Assembly: GCF_006345805.1 (NCBI RefSeq)
Contig: NC_043011.1
Coordinates: forward strand, 62,260,464 to 62,324,463
DNA: 64,000 nt
Direction of reading: 5' to 3'
Source of the DNA: Octopus sinensis
Lineage: Eukaryota
A program made the position numbers and the translations under genes. This document shows, one piece after another, positions 40,452 through 52,971 of this stretch (the stretch's first letter is position 1; every line of letters begins with the position of its first letter). Under the pieces are notes generated by a model, which made no database searches, was not told where the DNA came from, and saw only the letters and a program-made list of their open reading frames with translations.

Positions 40452-41623
40452 GTAAGCATGCAGTCTTATGCACACACTCATATGCTGTCCACAAATATGC
40501 ATCGAGATACACGTGTGTAGTAAATACGCAGTTACGATAGTTATACATGTTGATAGGTGACTTTTGCGTGTAAACGCATGTATTTGCATATGGAGGCGTA
40601 TATCAGATTTTAAGTGTATATGACTAATATTTCATAAGCCACCCACTAGCCACACGCACGCGCGCACACACACGCACACGCCTGCTCACACATAACTTTT
40701 AGCAGTTTGGAATCAGTCCAGAAGAAACCTTTCCCCCGATGATGAGAACTGGCCAATAACCTCTGATCATTGGTTAATTGATATCACCGGGTGTATATCA
40801 TCTGTAACTTCCGTTAGACAAACCGGCAGTTATCTGATTTATTGAAGTATGAAATGGCTTTATCGTTAATGCTACATATTGCTGGTGGGCGTTTGGATCT
40901 GTCATGTATGTGTTTCCAAACGAACTGGGGTGGAAATATGAAGTTCTTCCTATTACTTAACCTAAATGTGTGCAGATGCTTATAATAACGTTAATTGAAA
41001 GTGTTCGTAGTCAGCCCTATCTACTGCCTTCTCAGGCAGACATATTCTAACAGTTCAATATATAATTACTCTTGAAGGGAAGATTCTTTTAGTGAGTGGG
41101 TAGAAGTATTTCGGACAGTTATAAGTTGACTGTTGGGATGAGGACTGTATGGGAGCGTTCGTTTATTGCAACGTATGATATGAAAGACAGCGCTGTCTAG
41201 GCAAGACAAGTTGACTTAAACTTTGTGTATCTATGGGAAATGATGTCATACTACAGCTAAATGGCTCCCGGCTTTTGTCTAACGTGTTTAATCTGGTGGA
41301 TTAGACTAGAGTACCTTTCTTTTCTGAGTTTCACTCTGGCGTAGAATGGTAAAATGTTTCTATATACACCAGCAGCGTCTGCCTAGTGCATCGTTAGAGT
41401 AGAAAGAGCCCTGTTAAAGATGCCCACGTTCAAGTTGCCACTGCAAACTTTCGTAATATTCCAGCTTTAAGATTCTCAATCAGAGACGAGGTGGGTCGAT
41501 TTTCGGGCTATGTATCCGTGTGCGTATGGCTGGTGGGTGGCTTATGAAATATTAGTCATATACACTTAAAATCTGATATACCCCCCACTATGCAAATACA
41601 TGCGTTTACACGCAAACGTCACC

Positions 41624-41708
<85 letters not shown>

Positions 41709-41789
41709 TAACTGCGTATTTACACACGTGTATCTCAATGCATATTTGTGGACAGCATATGAGTGTGTGCATAAGACTGCATGCTTACG
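40451..41789. mobile_element. Non-autonomous TIR element (~1.34 kb) with ~220-bp TIRs in TA context
   Basis: TA|CGTAAGCATGCAGTCTTATGCACACACTC ... GAGTGTGTGCATAAGACTGCATGCTTACG|TA; right TIR interrupted by a (TA)n expansion; no transposase ORF. Confidence 0.8.
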
Positions 41790-41976
41790 TATATATCGTA
41801 TGGCTGGCATTTGGTATGGTGCTTTGTTTCTCTTAAAATCAAGTGTTATATAATACAAATTGACTTGTTTAAATTAGAATTTAGTACTTATGGATATGTC
41901 TAAATCAGGCACCTTAATTTTTCTTGTAATTTTCTTTTAAATTCATTTTTTTACTTTAAGAAAAGATTTAATATAC

Positions 41977-42228
41977 GTTTATCTTGCACGTAACTGCTGA
42001 GCAGACATCTCCGTGTAAAGTTATGATCACGTTGCGGTTTGTCAGGATGTCAAGGATAAACAACCTTCTGAGGACATCGACCGCCTCCGCTTCGTCATAA
42101 CTTTTCATCATGGGAATTTTGAAGTCATCCCCTGTCCTGGTCCAAGAAGACCCGGTTTGGCAAACCAGCGATTCTTTTCGTCCTGGTATCTCGATCGTTA
42201 ATTCTAGTAAATTCCATCTCCATACCAA
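41977..42228 (-). CDS. Candidate internal coding exon (84 codons, phase 0/0), product unknown
   Basis: cacag|TTG GTA TGG ... ATA AAC|gtatat; 252 nt open, LVWRWNLLELTIEIPGRKESLVCQ...SAVTCKIN; no family recognised and the donor is weak. Confidence 0.25.
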
Positions 42229-42987
42229 CTGTGTGTGCATATGATTGTATGAATATATGTAGATTTGTGTGTTTTGCTTTATGTATGTATGTATGTATGT
42301 ATGTATGTATGTATGTATGTATGTACAGATGTGTATGTTTCATGTATGTATTCTCAGGCATATAGTTGCATAGCTAGACATGCTCATATATATTTAAATG
42401 ATAAACATCTGGTAAGTTTACAGATTTTTTGCAGTTCCAGTGATGGATTGGATCTGCAGTCCTTGAAGTAGCTTTGCTCTTTCTGGTTTTGAGAAGCCTA
42501 ATTTATCAAGATTAGTATTTAGGCAGTGTGTTACATATCCCAGGGCCCCAGTAATTACAGGTATAAACCTGAACCTGTAATATGGATAGAGTAACTGCTT
42601 GTATGTATGTATGCATCAAGGCGCATGACTTTGTGGTTTCGGTATTCGGCTCCCGTCCACTCACCTGACAAAAACCAGTAGTACCTGTAATTCAAAAGGG
42701 CCGGCCTTGTCACATTCTGTGTCCCGTTGAATCTCTCCGAGAGATAGGTGAAGGGTATGCACGTCTGTGGAGACTCAACCACTTGCTCTTTGGTATCACG
42801 AGCCGGATGTTCCGTTGGTACGATCAACTGGAACTCTCATGGTCGGAACCGGCGAGTGCCCTTTAGATCTATCCAGCTATCTGCTTGTCTGTCTGTCTGT
42901 CTGTCTGACTTCCTGTCTGTCTATCTGTTTGTCTGCCTTCTTGTCTGTCTGTCTATCTACCTGTCTACTTATCTAACTTTCTGTCTG

Positions 42988-43078
<91 letters not shown>

Positions 43079-44180
43079 GTCGATGCATGGATACATGTGT
43101 ACACATATACATGTAGATATAATATATTAGTCAAGGACAAAGCAGCGCCCATGACCCTTAACAGGGCGTTGGTCACCGACACAGGTGAGAAGGCGGGAGG
43201 AAGCTATCCTCAAAGTGGAAATCTGGTCGAAATGCTTCCAACAGAATGGTCGCCGCAAAACCACTCATGGTGCCATGATCTACGTGGGTGATGGTACCAC
43301 CACCCATGTAGACCATGGGACCAGTTGAATTTAGAGGGTAAAGGACCGGAACAATTACCACTAGGTATCCGGTCCAACGTTATTACAGTTTTGCCAATGC
43401 TTCGCTTTGGTTCGGTCCTTTATTTCATCGACCCTCGAAAGGATAAAAGGCGAAGTCGACCTGGGCAGGATTTGAAACCAGAGGCACAAACTCAGAGTAA
43501 ATACTCTGACCGTGTGTGTGTATGCGTGTGTGTGTACGCTTGTGTATGTGTGTATGCTTGTGTGTGTGTATGCTTGTCAGTGCGTGTGTATGCTTGTGTG
43601 TGTGTGTATGCGTGTGTAGGCTTGTGTGTGTGTATGCTTGTGTGTGTGTATGTTCATGCTTGTATGCGTGTATGCTTATGTGTGTGTATGTATGTACTTG
43701 TGTCTGTGTGCGTATGCTCGTATCTGTCTGTATGCTTGCGTGTGTTTGTGTGTATGTCTATGTGTGTGTGTGATTTGGATCAAATGTCAATGGCCATTAC
43801 CTCAACTTCTTTTTTTATCTTTTGCTATAGACGTCATTTTTCCACAGAGCCAAGAGAGAAGACCAACGTATGGTCCCTTAGCTACCTAGAAATAGCAGCG
43901 ACACCTTTAACAAATCACACACCCTTTCCTCACCATCCCACCACCCATAAGCAATAAAATCTCATTAGAAATGTCCAGTGTACAATACAGCACGAAAATA
44001 TATTACATTACAACACACAAACACATATACATACATGCATACTTACATACACACACATACATACACATATGTGCCAACGCACGAAACTCTTGGCCCTTAA
44101 AAACGTGTAAATGATTATGTTTTTATAACCCAAAACCTTGTGAGTGGATTTGGTAGATGGAAACTGAAAGAAGCCCACAG

Positions 44181-44211
<31 letters not shown>

Positions 44212-44520
44212 GTGTGTGTGTATGTCTGAATGTGCGATTGTGTGTGTGTTTGTGTGTCTCTGTTCGTCTCCCCCCATCGCTTGACAACCAATGTTGGTAT
44301 GTTTACCTTCCCATTAAATTAGGGGTTCAGCAAAAGAGTCTGATGACTTAAGTACAAAGTTTACAAAGATAAGTCTGGGGCCGATTTGTTCGACTAAGGG
44401 CGGTGCCTGCCTCAGTATGGCCGCAGTCAAGTGACTGAAATAACTAAAAGTAATATAATATTATATATATTATTATATATATATATCTATATATATATAT
44501 ATATATATCGATTATATATA

Positions 44521-44571
<51 letters not shown>

Positions 44572-44644
44572 TTAGGAGTGACCCCACAGGTCACTCGTCC
44601 ACCAGAAAGAGCAGCCATATATACACCGCCAAGTATTATTAATT

Positions 44645-44744
44645 NNNNNNNNNNNNNNNNNNNNNNNNNNNNNNNNNNNNNNNNNNNNNNNNNNNNNNNN
44701 NNNNNNNNNNNNNNNNNNNNNNNNNNNNNNNNNNNNNNNNNNNN
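44645..44744. other. Assembly gap (100 N)
   Basis: Run of 100 n. Confidence 0.99.
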
Positions 44745-45984
44745 ACACTCACCGGTTCGATTTCCACTCATTTAGTTATTTATTTTTTCTAAAATTTTCG
44801 TTGCACTTTACAACCTTTCTAATAATCAACGATTATCGAAAAGGTTGTGAGGCACAACGGTGAGTATGTTCAATAATAATGGACTAAAAGAGAATGACTC
44901 TCCCTAGACACCGGTAGAATTGTTAGCCTGCTGCGCAAAATGCTTACCGGAATTTCGTCCGTCCTTATGTTCTGACTTCAAAATCAGCCGAGGTTGATTT
45001 CGCATTCCATCCTTTCAGGATGTAATAGATTTAATCGATTAGTTCTCTTCCCGCCAAATTTAAGGCCTTCTGCTTATAGCAGAAACAATATAGTCCGCCC
45101 CCACCTCCCCAACTTCATTTATTCTCTCTTGCGGGATACATATCTAGCTACGTTTTGGATATGTGTAGGAAAAGATTATTTTTCATCGTAATAAACAGAT
45201 TCCACCGCAAAGCATAAATTTCGGTATTTTATGACATTAAAAACATGTCTCAAACAAATCACCTTGTGTCCAATATGCGAGGTGGGTCCTACATTGTGTA
45301 CTTCTATACACAAAATGTTTCACCCCGTTAAATATACGACACTGAAATTGGGGAACGTCTAATACGCCTGTGCGACTTGTATGCCCTGAGATACGGTATT
45401 CCTTATCTTACCGCCCCCCTCTCTCTTTCATTGTCTCTCTCTCGTTCTCGCTGATTCGAGGATTTTACTCCATCGAAACAGTCGTAGATAACCACATTTG
45501 TTTATAAAAACGAAGAATAGACTGAGATTCTAATAGTCTCTTCTTATAAACAATCTGAGATGTTAATGATACCATCGAAAAACGGAGAGATGTGCCGCAG
45601 AACACGGACTGGATATAAAGAAATAAAATTATGCATGCGTTTATAATTTCAATGAGGTTTTTTTTCTTCTTATTTCATTTGTTAACTTCAATATAGGTTT
45701 GTCTTCAAACATTATGCTGCATCGGGTTGCAGCCATTTATGGCCAATATCGAGCTAAAAAGGCAACAGGCAATTCATTTCATATTTTTGGTATAGAATTT
45801 TATTTTCTATTTTATGTTTTGTTATTCATTTTTTGTTATAGAAACGTCGAACACAGAGACGAATGCCAGCGTATTGTTATACTGAGAGAAAGAGAAGGGG
45901 CTGGCGCAAACACACATTAATCAATAAATATACAATATACACATAACTTACTGCGCGTATATATACATACACACACACACACAC

Positions 45985-46045
<61 letters not shown>

Positions 46046-46224
46046 GTTGGATTTTACTCATAAGGTATTGGAATCTTATATGTATACCATTCTGCCTAAA
46101 AAAATGGATCTACAAAAGCAATATCCTTACATATCTCACATCTATTTTCTTTTTATTTTCTCCACCTCACTCTCTATTTTATATCTTATCTAAATTAATT
46201 ATTGCTTAACAATCCTCTTACACC

Positions 46225-46272
46225 GTCTCCGATGAAAAGATATAATAAATATCCTGGAAACAGCTGTAAGAC
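46225..46272 (+). ncRNA. Minimal hammerhead-like motif (U4C core)
   Basis: GUCU-CCGAUGA-aaaGAUAU aauaa AUAUCcug-GAAA-CAGCU-GUA-AGAC; palindromic ACAGCUGU helix III. Confidence 0.55.
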
Positions 46273-46348
46273 CTTCTATTTATAAATGTTCTAAACTCTA
46301 CACAGCCTTGGCTTTTTATCTCATTACGAAAAAGAAATTTATATATAT

Positions 46349-46409
<61 letters not shown>

Positions 46410-46904
46410 AGATAGATAGATATATATAAAACCCAGAGTCTCCTCGGAAGTAGTAACTAGTCAAACGAAGGGTAATGCGCTAGCTACTCGTCAGGCCAAA
46501 GAGCTCTCATTTGATTAAGGCATCTTTGGCCCGAAGTCTAGCCAGTAGATTTCCCCTCGTTTAGGTAATTACTACTTCCGAGGTTCTGTTAGCTATGAAA
46601 CATACGTAGCCTGGATTTTATCTACACCGTTCCCTAATTTTGGATTTTTATTTTCATAAACGGGAACTATAAAGTAACTTTTTTTTTTAGCTTCTCGAAA
46701 TTCGATATAGGAAAAAATTTACAACCTTCTACGTAATTAAACCACAACCTGAAAGTTGCTTTTGTTATACTTCCTACGGATTGCTCGAAGCTTAATAATT
46801 TACTACATTCATCCTTGGGGCTTACCTTAGCACATTCATACCCCGCCCCACATAACAAATATTCATCTATGTGAATATGTGTGTATGAATATATATATAT
46901 ATGT

Positions 46905-46952
<48 letters not shown>

Positions 46953-46953
46953 T

Positions 46954-47136
46954 GCAGGAGTGGCTGTGTGGTAAGAAGCTTGCTTACCAAGCACATGGTT
47001 CTGGGTTCAGTCCCACTGCATGCCAACTTGAGCAAATGTCTTCTACTATAGCCTCGGACCGACCAAAAACTTGTGAGTGGATTTGGTAGACGGAAACTGA
47101 AAGAAGCCTGTCGTATATATGTATATATATGTGTGT

Positions 47137-47187
<51 letters not shown>

Positions 47188-47392
47188 TGTGTTTGTCCTC
47201 CCACCATCGCTTGAGAACCGATGCTGCTGTGTTTACGTCCCCATAACTAGCGGTTCGGCATAAGAGTACGATAGAATAAGTACTAGGCTTAGAAAGAATA
47301 AGTCCTAGAGTCGATTTGCTCGACTAAAGGCGGTGCTCCAGCATGGCCACAGTCAACTGACTGAAACAAGCAAAAAAGTAAAAAGTAAAAGT
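46954..47392 (+). mobile_element. SINE family A, full length
   Basis: GCAGGAGTGGCTGTGTGGTAAGAAGCTTGCTTACC...GAAACAAGCAAAAAAGTAAAAAGTA. Confidence 0.85.
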
Positions 47393-47495
47393 ATATATAT
47401 AAAGTTTAAATAATCAGAAAATGGGGAAAAGTTTTGATCAATAAACAAAGGAACTGGACCACATCAGTTAATACGGATATTCGTATCGATTAGTC

Positions 47496-47534
<39 letters not shown>

Positions 47535-48490
47535 GACACAGAACAGACATGCATGTATACCGCACATCACTAACATAGAAGGGATGTGTTTATTTTGTTA
47601 TTTCAGCCACTGTAAGTCTTTGTAATATTTAAGTTTATTCATCACTTTGACGTTTTGTTCTACATAATACACACACACGCACGCACATACACACAAGCAC
47701 ACACGCACGCACACACACACATACACACACACGCACATGTAAGCACACGCATGCGCGCGCACGGATACCTTCACGCGCACACATAAACATACACATATAC
47801 ATATACATACGCAACGATGCTGCGCGTGCTTGCGTGCCACCTGTATGCACACACGTGACAATCTCTGTCGCCGCGTGAACATAAATCTTTAACCGGAACA
47901 AAAGATTGGCGCTAAAACGGCTGGCACTTTCTATTTTCTTCGCATGTTGTTCCCTGACCATTTTTTCCGTCTATTTCGTTTAATTCTTTCGCAAGCAAAA
48001 CATTTCGTGACATTTTAAAGACGGTGTCACTTCATTAGTTGATATTCATTGCTAAACAGAGTTCCGGTCACTTTACCATTTCTGTTGCAAGTATCTCTTC
48101 TACTCTAATTCTTCCAACTTCTTTAAAATACTTGTTTCGTGTTTTTCCTTCTAAGGTTTTTGCTAATGTCACCTTCTTCTTTTACCATTCCTCTTTTTGT
48201 AGTTTCTGTTTTCTTTTGGTTTTGTTTAAAGAAAATATCTATTTGCGTTCCTACCTTTCTCTCATTGAAGTTTCGTTTCTTACTTCTGGCTTTTTCTCGC
48301 CTTCCTCCTCCTTCTTCCCTTCTTCTCCTCCATTTCCTCCTCTCCCCTTCCATCAAATTTCCACGACGATGACGACGACTACCACCACCACCACCACCAC
48401 CACACCACCTCTTCTTCTTCTACACACACACACATATATTTTTGTATGACTCTATGTAAATATGTGTTTCTGAATGTTTGTCTCTATATA

Positions 48491-48525
<35 letters not shown>

Positions 48526-49282
48526 TGGCTGCCCCCTCGTTATCGAGTATGGCCATTGCACGGAGCTTAATGTTGTTATCGTGCAATGCCTGTGCAAGAA
48601 GATTTTTTTTTAAGTGAGGAAAGGCTGTGCACTGAGTCAATCGCACTCACTAAGCAACAGCAGCCATAATCCGAAAAGAAGAACAAGTCAACATCACTGG
48701 AAACCACTGAGCCGCAGATTTTATGTCGGAGTTATCCCAGTTACCTGAGTTACCTTCTCCTAGAAGGATGCCCTAACAAAGGCTAGGAGTCCTTCACTCC
48801 CAATGCTTTAACCGCGCGATCGGGTATTCAGTCCGATTATTTCTGTCCTCGCGCATGATACAGCCTTGAGATATTTATTGGATGGCCGTTAACTCTCAAG
48901 AGTCCCTCCACCCTTTGACGGAATATATATATATATATATATAATAAAATATTATTTGAGACAAAACCACTATTTTGCAAAACAAACAAGGAAAGACTTA
49001 ATCAATACATAAAATTTAATAAATAGTCAAATATATATATATATATATATAACACATACATATGTGCGTGTGTATATATATGTATATACATATATATATA
49101 TACAAATATATATGTATATGTATACACACACACATATATATATATGTACATACGTACATGTGCACGTATACATGCACATATACACACACGCACATATACA
49201 CACACGTACATATTACACACATACATATATATACACATATGTATGCACATATACACACATACACGTATGTATACACATGCTG

Positions 49283-49588
49283 AGACCCCCTTCGATCATG
49301 ACTGACCATGGGATTGCACCTAGAAAGTTACCCTCCCAGGTACAAGACCAGCACTCACCCATGCATACCGGCCTCCCTTCTGCACGCCACCGATGTTATC
49401 CAAGGCAAAGGGGCCGATATGCTTGGCACCAGTGATGTCGCAACTCATTTCTACAGCTGAGTGAACTGGAGTAACGTGAAATAAAGTGTCTTGCTCAAGA
49501 ACACAACACGCAGCCCGGTCCGGGATTCGAACTCACAACCTCACGATCGTAAGCTCGACGCTCTAACCACTGAGCCATGTGCCTTCAC
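49283..49588 (-). mobile_element. SINE family C
   Basis: Head nearly identical (reverse complement) to 57662; tail AGACCCCCTTCGATCATG. Confidence 0.85.
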
Positions 49589-49887
49589 TTGTATACACAT
49601 ATATATACACATATGTATACACACACACATATGTATACACGCCTACCTGCACATATACCACATGCCAATAAAACAGATGTAAAAAGACATGAAAGCCATA
49701 CAATCTATTAAAACAAACAAAGATAAAACAGAAACAATAAATAAAACAAGCGCAGACAGCCCAGAAAAAACACACCGAGAAACAATGCATAAAAACAGCC
49801 CCACCCACCACCACAAAGAAAAACAACCTAAACAACAACAACAACAACAACAGCACAATCTTAACAATCGTTTTATTATTAATAATA

Positions 49888-50130
49888 CAGGGTGTTCAAA
49901 AAGTCTCTCCGCAGTGAATTTTTCTTTTTATCCTGCGCATCACACCGTGGCGCTACTTCGAGAGGTTTTCGGTGAACGGATTATTTCGAAGGGACTCTGG
50001 GCACCAAGAACACCTGATTTAACACCACCAGATTTTTCTTTTTCTGGGGAGCAAATAAAAAGATCAGTGTACAAGAATCGCCCGAAAAACCATTAGATAC
50101 TTACTGCGAAGAGACTTTTCGAACACCCTG
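49888..50130 (+). mobile_element. Internally deleted Tc1/mariner transposon (243 bp)
   Basis: TA|CAGGGTGTTCAAAAAGTCTCTCCGCAGT ... ACTGCGAAGAGACTTTTCGAACACCCTG|TA TIRs with TA TSD; internal peptide FGERIISKGLWAPRTPDLTPPDF matches the WPPRSPDLTPxDF transposase motif. Confidence 0.9.
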
Positions 50131-52237
50131 TATATGTATAATAAAAATAATCCTGAAGTTTTCCTCTAATATATATTTGGTTAAATACGATCAAGCATTG
50201 GAGAGGTATTGAGTTCTTTGTTAATATTGGACGTAAACAACTGGTTTGTATATATAAGAATAGGTTTTTCTTCAATATTAGATAATATTTTATTTATGGT
50301 TGTTGTCAGTGTTATAGAAATATTTCGTTTCCATAGTAACGATATATATTTTAAAACTTCTTGTTTATCTAATCTGGAATATTTCATATCGTTAACAACA
50401 GTGTTTCTCTGTTCTTCTCTGTCTGTGTGTCTTTCTCTCTCTGTCTCCCTTCTTTTCATCCTCTTTTTCTTGATTTTTTTCGTCTCTTTCTCTCCTTGTC
50501 TTTTTTGTCCTTGTGTGCATGTGTGTGTGTGTGTGTTTGTGTATGTGTGTGTGTGTCTATGTATATATATATATATATCATACATACATACATGAATGTA
50601 TGTAGTATATATATATGAATATGTATCTATGCGTTTGTATACAAATGTATATTTATGTATATCTGTCTATGTCAATAAATTTGTATGTATATGTGTGTAT
50701 ATATATATATATACGCATACATATTTTCATATGCATATACGTACATAATAAATCTCACACGTACACCTACATACATACATATATATACATACATAGACCC
50801 ACATATACAGTCATTAAAATATAGAAGAAAATTCTGAAAAAAACCCATAAAGCAAATAGTCCACATGTATAGTATGAATGTATGTCCATATATGTGCGTA
50901 TGTGTATGTGTGTGAGTGTATGTGTGTCCATGTATATGTGTTTTTGCGTGCGTGTGTGCGTTAATATGTGTATCTATACTAAAATATATTTGTATAAGTT
51001 AAGTTGACACAACGGCGCCTCTCATAATGATTGGTGAATCACTTTTGTCACAATCAATCATGAAACTCCTTCATCAAAACGTCTTATGAAACTCCTCCTT
51101 TTCAGTCATTCGTAAAACTTTTTCGTCACAATAATTCTTAAGTCGCTTTAGTCACAATCATTCATGAAACGCTTTGATTACAGCAGTTCATGAAATTCTT
51201 CCGTCACAAAAGTGTAAATCTTTTCTCACAGTGACTTATGTCACAATTTTGTTCACCGTCATTCATGAATCTTTCTAGTCACATTGAATCAGGGAAGTCG
51301 TTTGTCCCAATTATATACTCTTCAGTCATTTGGCTGCGGTCATGCTGGAGCACTGGCTTTACGGGTTTTAGTCGAAGAAATCGATCCCAGGACGTATTAT
51401 TTGTAAGCCTAATACTCATTCTATCGGTTCTCTTTTGCCGAACCGCTAATGTTACGGGGACGTAAACACGCCAACATCGATTGTGAAGCAACTTGCGAAA
51501 GGTGCCCCACAGGCGGACTGAACCCGGCACTACGAGGTTGGAGAGCAATCATCTTACCACACAGCCACTCCTAAATGACTTACGGAGACTCCTTTTGCCC
51601 AATCAGTTTCTGAGATATCTGCTTCGCGATGACTTATGAGATTCATCCGTCATCATGATTTATGAGACAGCTCCGGGTCAATCTGTTATAAAATATGCGA
51701 TTAGGTGACAAGCTTAAGTAATTATATCTCCAAACTTTATTTCGGTTACATAACCAAATTGATTATCTCAAAAAATCGTAAACGAACGGAGCGTGGGGGT
51801 GGGGAGAGGCAAGGATTATCTTGATTGTTGTGGGAAACCGATAAATCCATAATGAAGTTGGTTTTATTTTAATTTTATACAATTTTCCTTCTCCTCCTCC
51901 TCCTCCTTCTTTTCCACCCTCCCTCACGACACACAGACACGTAGTAATTTATTTTACTATTCTTCTTCAGTTCTATTTTATTCTACTTTTCGTTATACAT
52001 CAGAAACGGCTTGGAAAAGAGGAAAAACAAACTTTAGGAATTCTTTTATCACCATCGTCGTCGTCATCATCATCTTCATCCTCATCTTCATCCTCATCTT
52101 CATCATCATCATCATCATTGCCATCATCGTCATCATTACAATCATCACCATCTCTACCGCCGCCACCACTAACATTAACAACAATAGTAATAAAAAATAT
52201 AATAATAATAATAATAATAGTAATAATAATAATAATA

Positions 52238-52296
<59 letters not shown>

Positions 52297-52436
52297 GAGA
52301 CAGAAGAAGAAGAAGGACAAGAACAAGAAGAGGAGGAGGAAGGTGGTTATGATGATGATGAGGTGGACGAGGAAAGAGAAGCGGAGTGACTCAAGGTCCG
52401 ACAGTTTCGTGCGTTTTGTATAAACATACACACACA

Positions 52437-52481
<45 letters not shown>

Positions 52482-52486
52482 TATAT

Positions 52487-52820
52487 ACGACAGGTTTCTT
52501 TTCAGTTTCCGTCTACCAAATCCACTCACAAGGCTTTGGTCTGACCGAGGCTATAGTAGAAGACACTTGTCCAAGGTGCCACGCTGTGGGACTGAACCCG
52601 GAACCATGTGGTTGGTAAGCAAGCTACTTACCACATGGCCATTCCTGCGCCTGTCGTTACGTTCTGAGTTCAAATTCCACCGAGGTCGAGTTTGCCTTTA
52701 ATCCTTTCGGGGTCGATAAATTAAGTACCAGTCACGCACTGGGGTCGATGTAATCGACTTAATCCGTTTGTCTGTCGTTGTTTGTCCCCTCTATGTTTAG
52801 CCCATGTGGGCAATAAAGAA

Positions 52821-52822
<2 letters not shown>
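52487..52822. mobile_element. SINE A 5' half (-) abutting a SINE B body (+)
   Basis: Family A head on the minus strand to ~52652, then GTTACGTTCTGAGTTCAAATTCCACCGAGGTCG...AATAAAGAAATA. Confidence 0.75.
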
Positions 52823-52851
<29 letters not shown>

Positions 52852-52886
52852 CTATATATATATATATATAAATATAATATACATAC

Positions 52887-52926
<40 letters not shown>

Positions 52927-52940
52927 TATAATATATATAA

Positions 52941-52971
<31 letters not shown>

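Noticed and set aside
40733-40792. Hammerhead-like GATGATGA...hairpin...GATA inside the TIR element
   Set aside because: Both core boxes deviate and no valid cleavage triplet or helix III can be drawn
51040-51310. CRISPR-like array
   Set aside because: Eukaryotic context, degenerate units without unique spacers, no cas genes
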